Below the pieces are notes generated by a model. That model was not told the origin of the DNA. It did not search any database and saw only the letters and a program-made list of their open reading frames with translations. This document shows, one piece after another, positions 11,943-22,318 of a DNA stretch of 64,000 bases. The stretch is taken from the NCBI RefSeq assembly GCF_000142905.1, contig NW_013657639.1, forward strand, positions 35,469 through 99,468, read 5' to 3'. Within the stretch, counting starts at the first letter, position 1. The number at the start of each line of letters is the position of its first letter. The stretch is from Thecamonas trahens ATCC 50062 (Eukaryota > Protista > Apusomonadida). The position numbers and the translations under genes are program-made.

Positions 11943-12303
11943 GGTGTTTGTCGCTCGTTGGGGACGGTGGAGGCGGTGGTGGAGCTGAGTGGAGTGTGGC
12001 CACGCCGTGCCTCGACCACGTGGAGACGGTACACGAATGGTCTAGTCTGATCACATGCCCGGCTCGATCGGCCTCCACGCACGACGATCTCTACTGTCTA
12101 CTGTCGTCAGGTACTTTCTGATCGACCGCCGCGGTCACTGGTAGCTGGCCTCAGCAGCGCAGTGCAAACAAAATCCGCTGGAAAACCACGAAAACGTCCC
12201 TCCCCTGCCGAGCATCAACGGCTGCACGTGGTCTTCACACCCTCCCGAGACACCGGGGCCAATACCAATATCGCACGCTTCTCTCCATCACCACAAGACG
12301 ACA

Positions 12304-13272
12304 ATGAAGACGACTACTTCTGCAATGGTACTCGCCATGGCGCTTCTCGCCAGCCTGGCGTCTGCGACCAACCTCTGGGTTGGGTATGGGAGCGCGAACG
12401 GGCGTGGAATTGCGCCGCTGAACATCACGGGTGGGACGGTTTTTATGGGCCCGACCTCGAGGGCCGAGGCGATCCGACAGCCTTGGATGGAGCCGATTGT
12501 GGGCAAGACTGATTGCGGTAAGGCGATCGGCTTTATGGACTCGCTGGAGTACAACCGGTACAACTACGTCGAGATCTGCGACGACGCCGCGACGTACTCC
12601 AAGCCATTCGTGCCGTCCATCGGCTACTCGCGCTCGTGGATCGCCGCCGGCGTGGCGCCCGTCTCGGGCAAGCCGATCGGCATCTCGATGTCCTACTCCA
12701 GCCAGGGCCCTGTTGTTGTGCTCTTTGATTCGCAGACGGCAAAGCCGGTGTCGGAGGTTGACTCGGACGTTGCCGCCGCCGGCCGCCCGTCGGCTATGAC
12801 CTGGATGACCGACTCGTTCGGCTCGATCGAAGGCGCCATTGTGCAGTACTCGACTGGCTCCAGCTGGCAGGCCGTCAACGTGCCGGTCGACGGCGGGCAG
12901 GCGTCAATTGTGGCCTCGGGCTCCGACGATCCCTACATTGCACTCGCGCAGGGCTTCTTCTTCTCCACTTCCAAGGAGCTGTACGGCCTCCGCGCCGGCT
13001 CGGCTGGCAACGTCACCTTTGTCACCTCCGACTCGTCCAACCCGCTTGACGCGCCCAAGGTTGTTGCCCAGCTCCCTCAGGAGATCTACTCGTGCGCGTC
13101 AACGATGGCTGTCTCGACGCGCACCGCCTACGTTCTCTGCTCGCAGCGCGGCCAGAACTCGGGCTCGCCCAACGTGCTTGTTGAGATCCACGCCGGCCTC
13201 GGCACCGTCAACACCTACCCGCTTGAGTTTGCCAGCACCTCGTACGCCTTTGGCTACCTTGTCAACATCTAG
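12304..13272 (+). CDS. Secreted hypothetical protein, beta-strand rich, possible beta-propeller
   Basis: N-terminal signal peptide (MVLAMALLASLASA), coding-like codon usage, 322 aa; no recognisable family. Confidence 0.7.
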   Translation: MKTTTSAMVLAMALLASLASATNLWVGYGSANGRGIAPLNITGGTVFMGPTSRAEAIRQPWMEPIVGKTDCGKAIGFMDSLEYNRYNYVEICDDAATYSKPFVPSIGYSRSWIAAGVAPVSGKPIGISMSYSSQGPVVVLFDSQTAKPVSEVDSDVAAAGRPSAMTWMTDSFGSIEGAIVQYSTGSSWQAVNVPVDGGQASIVASGSDDPYIALAQGFFFSTSKELYGLRAGSAGNVTFVTSDSSNPLDAPKVVAQLPQEIYSCASTMAVSTRTAYVLCSQRGQNSGSPNVLVEIHAGLGTVNTYPLEFASTSYAFGYLVNI

Positions 13273-13409
13273 TGGCATAAACGCAAGTCATTTTTTCGCT
13301 TGTCCTGCGCGCTCAACTGGCATGCGCAGCGGGACCGATGCATACACGCCGCCGCCGGCTGCGGGGCCTCAGCTTGCGTTGGCGAGCGATGATGTCCCGC
13401 TCATGGGCC

Positions 13410-14495
13410 TCACCACAGCCACGAGATCAGAGCGGCAGCAGAGGCGTAGCTGACGTACGCGGCGGGTAGAGCGTAAAGGACCGCCCACTGGGCAAGCCAC
13501 GAGTAAACCGACCAGGTGTACGCCGCAGGCTGCGCCGACGCGACCGGGTCCGGGAAGGCGCCGGTGGCGTAAAAGATGTCCAGCAGCCGGTCCTTCTCGA
13601 CAAAGAACTCGTAGAGCCACGCGGCAAAGGCGTCGTCATCGTTGATGATGGCGGCGGGCGGAACCGGGACCTTGCGGCAGTGGATGTGAATGGGCAGGCC
13701 GCCGTCGCGCGGCAGGGCGAGGTCGATCGGGCGCCACGGTCCGTAGTCACCGTCCTTGGCGTTGCGCGGATAGCCGAGGGTGACGTCGAAGATGTCGGTG
13801 ACGGCATCGCCGAGTGTGCGGAGGGCGACGGCAAAGGCCTTGGTCCGCGGCAGGAGGTGGTGCTTGAGCGGAACAAGGCCCTGCGCGCCCGCCCACTTGA
13901 TCGACTTGGCAAAGAGCTTCTTGGTCTGAACCGAGCCTTCAGGCGAGAAGAAGAGCCACTGCGCCATATGGTTAGGGTCGGCAATGTCCGAGACGCCGCG
14001 GACGAGCTCGGCCTCGTTCCGGGCCGCCGCTGCAGGGCTCGACTTGCCCGACGAGACAAAGATGTCGTCGCGCATCCAGTGCATCCATCCGTGCGGGAGG
14101 TTGAGCAGGTAGCGGATGGAGATCCAGCGGAAGCACTTGGACGACACGCCCTGGAGCGTGGCCATGAAGCAGCCGAGCATCATGGCGTCGGCAAAGGAAA
14201 GGTGATTAAAGGTCACGGCGCCACCACGCTTCCGTCCTTCGGTCAGCGTGTGATGCGGCGGAATGGCCACGCCATACCGATACACCCGCGTCCCCGCCCA
14301 CCACGTCGTCACGGCAACGACCCATATCGAGGTGAGGTTGAAGCAGTACGTGGCAATCTCCAAGTACGCCGACCGGAGGCCTGGCAGGTACTTGAGCGGC
14401 AGGGCGAGGCCAGCCAGGACCGCAAAGTACACATACTGCGTTACCGTCACAATGCCCACAAGCCCTGCGCATGCATACGTCACAAACTTGTGCAT
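13410..14495 (-). CDS. Lysophospholipid acyltransferase (AGPAT/LCLAT1-like PlsC family)
   Basis: NHLSFAD (HxxxxD), FSPEG, LLPRTKAF, IFDVTLGY, WLYEFFVEKDRLL; hydrophobic helices at both termini. Confidence 0.85.
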   Translation of the reverse strand: MHKFVTYACAGLVGIVTVTQYVYFAVLAGLALPLKYLPGLRSAYLEIATYCFNLTSIWVVAVTTWWAGTRVYRYGVAIPPHHTLTEGRKRGGAVTFNHLSFADAMMLGCFMATLQGVSSKCFRWISIRYLLNLPHGWMHWMRDDIFVSSGKSSPAAAARNEAELVRGVSDIADPNHMAQWLFFSPEGSVQTKKLFAKSIKWAGAQGLVPLKHHLLPRTKAFAVALRTLGDAVTDIFDVTLGYPRNAKDGDYGPWRPIDLALPRDGGLPIHIHCRKVPVPPAAIINDDDAFAAWLYEFFVEKDRLLDIFYATGAFPDPVASAQPAAYTWSVYSWLAQWAVLYALPAAYVSYASAAALISWLW

Positions 14496-14921
14496 ACGTG
14501 CTCCTCTGTCCCCGCCTTCTCTCTAGCAAGACGTGTGTCCGCCCCTCGCGCCAGCCCCTTTCCCCCCCCCCCCCCCCCCAGCGCCCGCCCCCCCTCCCCT
14601 CGCCTGCCACCGCCCTCCGCCCCGACATGCGCACGAGCCGACCAAGCCCCAGCCAAGGCCAAGCCGTCTGTCTCCATCCCCCCCCTCCCCTCCCTCCCTC
14701 CCTCCCTCCCTCCCTCCTCATCCCTCTATACCCTCTATATCCATACTCTCATACACTAAAACACTTCTGATCGTGATCGATAGCCATAGGCCATTCCCTG
14801 CCTTACCGCCTGGCTCGTCCTGCACCATACCTGATCGCGATCACGATCGCCACCTTCAGGAAAAAGTCACTTTTAGGCGCCATCCCACCACACACCACCA
14901 CTTCCACCCCCCCCCCCCCAC

Positions 14922-14963
<42 letters not shown>

Positions 14964-14976
14964 CAGTCACACATCT

Positions 14977-16298
14977 ATGTCGTACTCTGGACAGAAGCGT
15001 GAGGCTGAGGGCTCGTGGGGAGGCGAGCAGGCGTCCAAGTCGCGCAAGACGCTCTCCGGCTCGGCCATGCCGACGGCCAATTCGGCCGGCAACGGCGCAG
15101 GCGGCGCGGCCGGAGCTGGAGGCTACGGCTACGCTCAGTCTGGCTACGGCTATGCTGCGCCTGCTGCCGGTGGCTATGGGTATGCTGCTGCTGCGCCGAG
15201 CGCCGCCGGGTACGACCCGTCCGGAGCGTGGGCTGCGGCGGGGTACGCCGGCTACGGCTATGCCGCTGCGCCCGCTGCCGGCGGATATGGGATGGCGGCT
15301 GGCGGCGCGCCGGCGGGCTACGGCTACGGTGCAGGCGTGGGCGGAGCCCAGGCGCCTGGGATGGAGGAGAACCGGGTGTATGTTGGATCCATCTCGTACT
15401 CGGCCAACGAGGGTGACGTGCACGCCCTCTTCTCGCAGATTGGGCCCATCCAGTCCATTACCATGCCCCGCGACCGCGAGCTCGACCGCCACAAGGGCTT
15501 TGCCTTTGTCGCCTTCCACTACCCGCAGTCGGCGTACCAGGCCATTGCGTCGCTCGACGGCTACGAGTTTGCTGGCCGCAACCTCCGGGTCTCGCGCCCC
15601 CAGAACCCGGCGGTGACCCGCGGCGACAGCTCGGGCGGCCACGCTGGCGGCCACATGGGCGGCCACGGCGCGCCCTCGCACGTCATGGACCTGCGCCTCT
15701 CGGACCACAACCCGCCGCCGGGCGTCGACCCCTCGGCGTCAACCCGCCCCAACCGCATCTACGTCGGCGCCATCCAGTTTGCTGCCTCGGCCCACGACGT
15801 CAAGGCCGCCTTTGAGCTCGTCGGCCCCGTCCGCAATGTCCAGCTCATTGCCCACCCGGCCTCGGGCCGCCACCGCGGCTACGGCTTTGTCGAGTTCTGG
15901 CACCTCGAGTCAGCCGACCGCGCCGTCCAGACCATGAACGGCTACGACCTTCAGGGCCGCCCGCTCAAGGTCGACTGGGCCTCGCCGCCCAACGACCCGA
16001 AGCTCCGCAACGAGGTCGCCGCTGCTGTCCCCGCCCTTGCAGACACCGCCGTCCCGCTTGCCGAGCAGCCTGCCGCTGCCCCGGTCGCCGACGCCCCGAC
16101 CTTTGCCACCTACTCTTCCGAGTCGTTTGGCGCGTATGGCGCGGCAGCCGCCAACCCGGCTGCTGACCCGACCGCTGCCGCTGCCGCTGCCCCCGCTGCC
16201 GCTGCCGCTGCCGCTGTCCCCGCTGCCGAAGACCCCACCCCTTCCGCTGACCCGGCCCCTGCCGACGCCCCCCGCCCCCGCTTCCGATGCCGACGCCT
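14977..16298 (+). CDS. PUF60-like splicing factor (two RRMs) with Gly/Tyr/Ala-rich N-terminus; 3' end runs into an assembly gap
   Basis: RRM1 RVYVGSISY..HKGFAFV..GRNLRVSRPQN and RRM2 NRIYVG..HRGYGFVEF..MNGYDLQG resemble PUF60. ATG at 14977 follows a (CA)n tract. Confidence 0.8.
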
Positions 16299-16398
16299 NN
16301 NNNNNNNNNNNNNNNNNNNNNNNNNNNNNNNNNNNNNNNNNNNNNNNNNNNNNNNNNNNNNNNNNNNNNNNNNNNNNNNNNNNNNNNNNNNNNNNNNN
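16299..16398. other. Assembly gap (100 N) containing the 3' ends of two convergent genes
   Basis: N run. Confidence 0.98.
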
Positions 16399-19300
16399 CG
16401 ACGAGCCCGACGATGCAGTCGCGCCCGGAGGTCGCCGCCGACGCCGGCGTGCCGACTGCGTCAAATCTGCTGTCGAGCTCGACGGTGTCGACGGCGTGAG
16501 TGCGACGGCTGGTGCCCCGGAGCCCTCGCTCGTCGCACGAGCCACGACGTCCGCCAGCCCGGCGCTGCGGGCTGCATCGCCCTTGGTTGCTGCGGCTGAG
16601 AGCTCCGAGACCGAAACGTTGGCGGCGTGGAGCACGTCGTCGTTGTCGCGCGCCGCCATGGCCCGAAGCCGCGAGTTGATGGCATCGAGCTTGCGGTCGG
16701 CGACGGCGTCCTTGGTCTTGTTGTAGAACTTGCGCGCAAGGACCCTCTCCTCGGCCGTCCGCGCGGCAGCCAGCTCGGCAGCGAGCTTGGCGTCGAGGCC
16801 GGACTCGCGGCCGGTCGCAGACTTGGTCGACGACTCGGTCTCATACTCGCCAGACTCGTCGTAGGCATCGCTCGAGTCCTCGCCCGACACTGCCTCATCC
16901 TCGAACCGCAGCTTGCGGCCCTTGCGGTGAGCGCGGGCATCGGCAATCGCCTGCTTCTTGCGCGCCGACTTGAGTCGCCTCCGCCGCCTCGCGTCGAGCT
17001 TGGGCATGTCGTTGCGCTGGCGTGCAAGCGCAATCTCGTCCATGATACCCTGCAAAATGCGCCCAACCTGCTCGGCCTTGAGCTCCTCGCGGGTCCGGAT
17101 CAGCCGCTGAATCTCTGACTTTTGCGCGTCGAGCTCTGAAGTAATGACCTCGTTCTGCCGCGCGGCCTCGGCAGCCTCAGCCGCCGATGCCCCAAGCTCG
17201 GCCGCCCCAGGCAGTGCCGCGGCGTCATAGCCAAACAGCAGCAATGGCTGTGCGCCACCGTACGAGGCAAAGGCAAGGACGTGCGCAAACGGATGCCAGT
17301 CGAGCGAGTACACCGGCGCATCAAACGGGAGCCGGGCAAAGACCTGCCGGATCCGCCCGCCCTGCAGCACGTCCCACACATAGACCGAGCCGTCCTCCGA
17401 GCCCGAGACCACAAAGTTGCCGCACGGCGAAAAGTCCGACTTGATCTCAAACTCCTCGTTGAGGAAGCCCTCTTGCTTGTAGAGCACCTTGTACCACCGG
17501 AGATCAATCTCTACAATGGTGTTGGCCCGCCCATGGATAAGCAGCCGGTTCTGCGTCGGATGCATCCGCAGGACGTTGACCGCGCACCCGGCCGGCATGT
17601 CGGCCAGCTCCTTCATGTCGAGCGTCTTGAGCCGCGCCACATCGGCCAGCGCAGGTGCGCCCGATTTGGTCACCCGCGTCGTCCACACCCGCACGAGCCC
17701 GGCACCGTCGCCTGAAAACATGTGCGAGCCGTCGCGTGAGAACACAATCGAGTTGACCGTCGACGTGTGCCCAGCAATCTCGCGGAGCAACTCGCCGTTC
17801 GTCTGGTTGAACAGCCGCACAATCCAGTCAAACGCGCCCGTGGCTACCACTGGCGGTGCCACCGCTGTCGGATGGAACTGCGCCGTGTACACAAACGCTG
17901 TGTGCTGATAGTTGACCAGCAGGCCGGGTGCACTGCTGCCGCTCCCGCCGACCCGCCAAAGCTTGGCCGTTCCATCGGCCGACGCCGAGAGCAAGAGCGA
18001 GGCGCCAGTCCCCGGCTCGGACGCCGGGGACCATGCCAGCTCGTACACTAGCTTGGCGTGACCCACAAGATCGACAACGTGCTTCCGCTCGTACGAGTAG
18101 ATGCGGAGCGGAAAGTGACCGTCATTGCCCATCGCCGCGGCCAGGTACTCGCCCGACGGCGCCCACTTGACCACAAACGCGCCATCGTCGCCGCAGTCGA
18201 GCGCCCCGGTGAACTTGTTGGGCACCTTGCACTTTTGCCCCGGCAGCCGCGGCCAGTGCCGTGTCACCGACGCCAGCTCGTCGAGCTCGCCAGTAAGTGT
18301 CCGTGATCCGCCCTCGTCTGAGCCGTGGACGCCGAGAAGCAGGTCCTCGCCCGCTGCGCGATCGAGGCCCGACATCGAGCCCAGGCCTGACAGCGCCGCC
18401 GACCTCGAGATCATCGGCGTCAGGGCCGGAACCAACGAGACGTACAGCGTCGATGGGTACTGCTTGCGGCCCCACGCAGCACCCGTCGCGGCTTGCACGA
18501 CGCCAGATAGTAGCTGTACAGCGGTGGCGCTGAATCGGCGCTCCGCTCCGCCGCCGCAGGCTGCACATACTTGCTCACAAAGCTCTTCGGGTACTTGTAC
18601 AACTGCAGCCGCAGCGGCCGCCTAGAGTAGCTGCGATCCGGCGTCGGCGCAACCTTGAGAAAGCCCCATGCGATGCGGAACCACCCGTCGGCCTCCTTGT
18701 TGGACTTGCTCGCCTGGACGGCCTCATTGAGTCCGCCATAGTCAAGCAGCTCGAAAAGGAGCAACACGCCCGGCTTGACCACGTTGGCCCACGGGACGCC
18801 AAACTCGAGGCTCTCCTCCCACACTGGCTCGAACACGCCACGCGCCCGAAAGTTGCACGGCTTGGTCAGCAGCGGCTCAATGGCATCGAGGCTTGACGAG
18901 ACGGGCGGCGCGTTGACCGGTGCCGAGTCGGTGCCGCGCGGCAGCCGGCTTCCACTCTCCTCCCCGATCACATGCACCTGCACCAGCGGATGTGTCATCC
19001 GCACGTCTGGCACCAGCACATCTGCCCGATCGACTCGCACCGTAAACGTTTCGCAAACTCGGACCGCTTCGCCGCCTTTGCCCTCGCTCATTCCGCTCTC
19101 GCTCAGATTGTCGAGCCCGCCGCCGTCACCGGCGTGAACGCTCTCCGAGACCGGTGGCGGCGTGCCGGGCAGCGAGCCGAGAGAGGCTCGCTCCGCCTGC
19201 GAGAGGAGGCTCGGCGGACCATGGTCACTCGGCGGAGCATCCGCCGTGCCTGCGCCCGCATCCGCCGCGCCGGTGCTCACTCCATTACGCATTGCCGCCT

Positions 19301-19960
19301 GCTGCGCCTTTCCAGGCGTTGCGCCCCCGCCTTTCTTGCTGCCCGGATTGAGCTCTTGAGCTTTCGCGCCTCTTCTGCTGCGGATGTCGCCTGCCCATCT
19401 GCCTCTCCAGCACGATCCCCAGCTCCGGTCTCTGCTCCAGCACCGGCCTGGCTCCCGTCGCTTGCACTCGCGTTGGCATCCGCCGGCGCGCTGTTCTCAT
19501 CGACCCGAACCCGCGGGCCATCTCCGCCAGCCGCGGCTCTTCCTCCCTCAACCGGATCCGGATGCAGCCCTGGTGCCGGCGTCGGGTGGGCGAGCTTGCC
19601 CGGGTGCTCCAGCGAGGCGAGGACGGTAGCCGCCGCGCCAGCCGTGGGCAAGGGCGAGCCCATTTGGGAGTGAGAGGAGGCCCCGGCTCCAGGTCCGCTA
19701 TTTGTCGAGCGCTGGTCTCTGCGCTTGCGTCTGCGGCGGGAGCTGCGGTCGGACGTGTGTGGTGGTTGGCCTGGCTTGCTCTGTGTGTGGGCCGCGGACG
19801 GAGGAGCCGTTGCCCGTTTGGCGCGGTTCGGCGAGCCGCCACCAGCAGCTGCGGCTGTGGTATGGGCATGGGCTGTGGAGACGACTGCAAACGGGGTACC
19901 GGGTACCTTTTGCTGTGTCACGTTCATCGCCTCCTTCCCGGTCGTATCCGTTGATGCCAT
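16399..19960 (-). CDS. AHI1: Jouberin/AHI1 ciliary transition-zone protein (C2-like + WD40 + coiled coil); two apparent -1 frameshifts (~19332, ~18500); 3' end in gap
   Basis: PLLTKPCNF..PVWEE..LLFELLDY..RIAWGFLK..LRLQLY, YPSTLYV and WPRLPGQKCKVPNK match AHI1. WD40 repeats include GHAKLVYELAWS and HTAFVYTAQFHP. Confidence 0.85.
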
Positions 19961-19976
19961 CGGCGCCGGGGAGAGA

Positions 19977-20393
19977 TTCGCACAATCGTTCATTTAATCG
20001 TTCGCACAATCGTTCATTTAATCGTTCGCACAATCGTTCATTCAATCGTTCGCACAATCGTTCATGCAATCGTTCGCACAATCGTTCATTTAATCGTTCG
20101 CACAATCGTTCATTTAATCGTTCGCACAATCGTTCATGCAATCGTTCGCACAATCGTTCATTCAATCGTTCGCACAATCGTTCATTCAATCGTTCGCACA
20201 ATCGTTCATTCGTCCGTTCATTCAATCGTTCGTACCAACATCGTCCACCCGTTCGCACCAACATCGTCCATCCGCTCGCACCAACATCGTCCATCCATCG
20301 TACCAACATCGTCCATCCATTCGTACCAACATCGTCCATCCATTCTCACCAACATCGTCCATCCGTTCGCTCCAACATCGTCCATCCGTTCAC
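19977..20393. repeat. Composite AT-rich minisatellite: ~10 x 24-bp (TTCGCACAATCGTTCATTTAATCG) then ~7 x ~23-bp (ACCAACATCGTCCATCCGTTCGC)
   Basis: Read directly; lies between the divergent AHI1 and F-BAR genes. Confidence 0.95.
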
Positions 20394-20506
20394 ACAATCA
20401 TGCCCTCCTTCCTTCCCCCTCCACCGGTATTCGGTATTCTCCTGTTCACTTTCACCGGAACCTGGCGCTCTCCCGCTCGCGCCACCACCGCACTTCCTCA
20501 TCGGCC

Positions 20507-22273
20507 ATGGCTGCTGCTGCTATTGAGGCGAGGGCTACGGATGGCGTTACTCCGTTCCGCGACGTCTACTGGTCGCCCGATGGGGTGGAGACGCTTATTG
20601 AGCGCCGTGAGCTCGACGTCGAGTTTGCCGGCAAGCTCACGCTGCTGTTCAAGAAGCTCCGCGCGGCCGAGACGAGCTACGCCAAGACGCTCAAGACCAT
20701 CGCACAGAGTGCATCGTTGGAGATGCCGCTCTCTCTCAAGACGTCTGGCCTCGGCGCCGCCTACAAGCACATGCTCGCCTTTGTCGCCTCGCAGGCCGTC
20801 CGTCATCGCAAGCTCGGGGAGATGCTCGAGGTCACCTCGTCCGACATCTCCAAGGCCGACATGTTCCAGAAGAAGCGCAAGGGCGACAAGGCTGTCCGCT
20901 CTGCCTTTGCTGCCTACTCCAAGGCCGGCAAGGACGTCGAGTCGGCCCGCGATGACTACTACCAGCTCTGCGAGTACATTGCCATCGATCACCCCGAGGC
21001 CCGCCGCGATCGCTTCGACTCAAAGGTGGCCAAGGCCAAGTCCGCTTACAAGCGCGCCCTCGCCGCCTGCGAAGAGTGCCACGAGGAGGTTCAGTCCTCG
21101 CTCGGCTCTTTCATGGACGCCGAGCAGGCCGAGGCCGTCTCCCGCCGCCAGGTCCTCAAGGACCTCGCAGCCATGTACGGCTCGATGAACGTCGGCCTGC
21201 TCTCGGTCGGGACCAAGGCCGCCAACCACGTGGTCGACGCTGTCTCACGGGTCAACGTCCTCACAGACATCGAGGACTTTATCCACGTCACCCCCGAGTG
21301 CCGCGGGCCGGACTCGATCTCGCCGCCGTGCTTTGTCGACTACGACGACCGCGGCAAGGTCAAGGACACCGGCATCGGCCTTGACCGCTCGCCGTCTGAA
21401 GCCGCCATCGACTCGCCCGACTACTGCGGCGAGCTCGAGGTCTTCCACGACTCGTCGCTCAAGTTTAACAAGAAAAAGTACTGGAAAGACCGCTGGGTTG
21501 TCGTCGCCTCGCCCTGGCTCCAGGTCTACAAGTCGAACAAAGACGTCAAGGCTGGCAAGTCGCCGCTCCTGCAGATCCGCCTCTCGCAACTCGTCCGCGT
21601 CGATCCCGAACCCGAGGAGCTTGCTGGCGTCCGTGACCACCCCATCGCCCTCCGCATCTCGGGCCTCATCGAAATTGTACTTGCTGCTGCCTCCCAGGCC
21701 GACCACTTTAAGTGGTCCGGCGCCATCGAAAAGGCCACCCCGCACGCCACGCCCGGCTCTGCCAACCTCCGCTCGCCGCTCACTCCGGCGCCGGCCCCGC
21801 TCTCGGCCGCCTCGTCAAGCTCATCGGCCGCCTCGGCCACGGGCTCCGGCCCGCTCAGCGACGCCGAGCGACGCCGCCGCAACGCCGACCGCGTCTCGGT
21901 CCACGCCCCGCCACCGCTCGCCACCGCCGTCTCCGCCATTCCAATCAACTACGCCGCCACAGGCACCAGCCCGGCGTCGCCTCCCTCATCCGCCCTGGGC
22001 ATCGATGCCCAGGTCGGACCCGGCGGTGTCATCGGACCCGGCGGTGTCGCCTCCTCGCCACCGCCCGCCACACATGCTCCCACAACTGCCCACGCCCCCG
22101 ACGCCGCTGCGTCTTCCTCTGCCGCTGGCCCGCCGCGCCCAGCCGAGCGGACCCGCCCGCTCATGATGCCGGCCACCATCACCTCGATCTCATCGATGAG
22201 CGGCGTCCTCGACATCCACGCCGCCTTTGAAGACCTAGGCGTCGACGACCTCGACGAGCTCCTTCAACTTTAG
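20507..22273 (+). CDS. F-BAR (FCH) + PH domain protein
   Basis: FRDVYWSPDGVETLIER..FKKLRAAETSYAKTL is an FCH-type start with a helical BAR region. PH domain KKYWKDRWVVV..LAAASQADHFKWSGAI. Confidence 0.8.
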   Translation: MAAAAIEARATDGVTPFRDVYWSPDGVETLIERRELDVEFAGKLTLLFKKLRAAETSYAKTLKTIAQSASLEMPLSLKTSGLGAAYKHMLAFVASQAVRHRKLGEMLEVTSSDISKADMFQKKRKGDKAVRSAFAAYSKAGKDVESARDDYYQLCEYIAIDHPEARRDRFDSKVAKAKSAYKRALAACEECHEEVQSSLGSFMDAEQAEAVSRRQVLKDLAAMYGSMNVGLLSVGTKAANHVVDAVSRVNVLTDIEDFIHVTPECRGPDSISPPCFVDYDDRGKVKDTGIGLDRSPSEAAIDSPDYCGELEVFHDSSLKFNKKKYWKDRWVVVASPWLQVYKSNKDVKAGKSPLLQIRLSQLVRVDPEPEELAGVRDHPIALRISGLIEIVLAAASQADHFKWSGAIEKATPHATPGSANLRSPLTPAPAPLSAASSSSSAASATGSGPLSDAERRRRNADRVSVHAPPPLATAVSAIPINYAATGTSPASPPSSALGIDAQVGPGGVIGPGGVASSPPPATHAPTTAHAPDAAASSSAAGPPRPAERTRPLMMPATITSISSMSGVLDIHAAFEDLGVDDLDELLQL

Positions 22274-22318
22274 TCGCTCGCCGCAGGTAACGCTGCCTGG
22301 CTGTGATAAGCTCCACAG

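Noticed and set aside
15910-16599. ORFs reading through the 100-N gap (AHI1 to 15910; RRM gene to 16599)
   Set aside because: Artefact of translating N; beyond the gap each ORF is the antisense of the other gene.
19977-20393. CRISPR array, or the ERLNERLC-repeat ORF (19698..20339)
   Set aside because: Units are contiguous with no unique spacers, no cas genes are present and the context is eukaryotic. The ORFs are by-products of the repeat.
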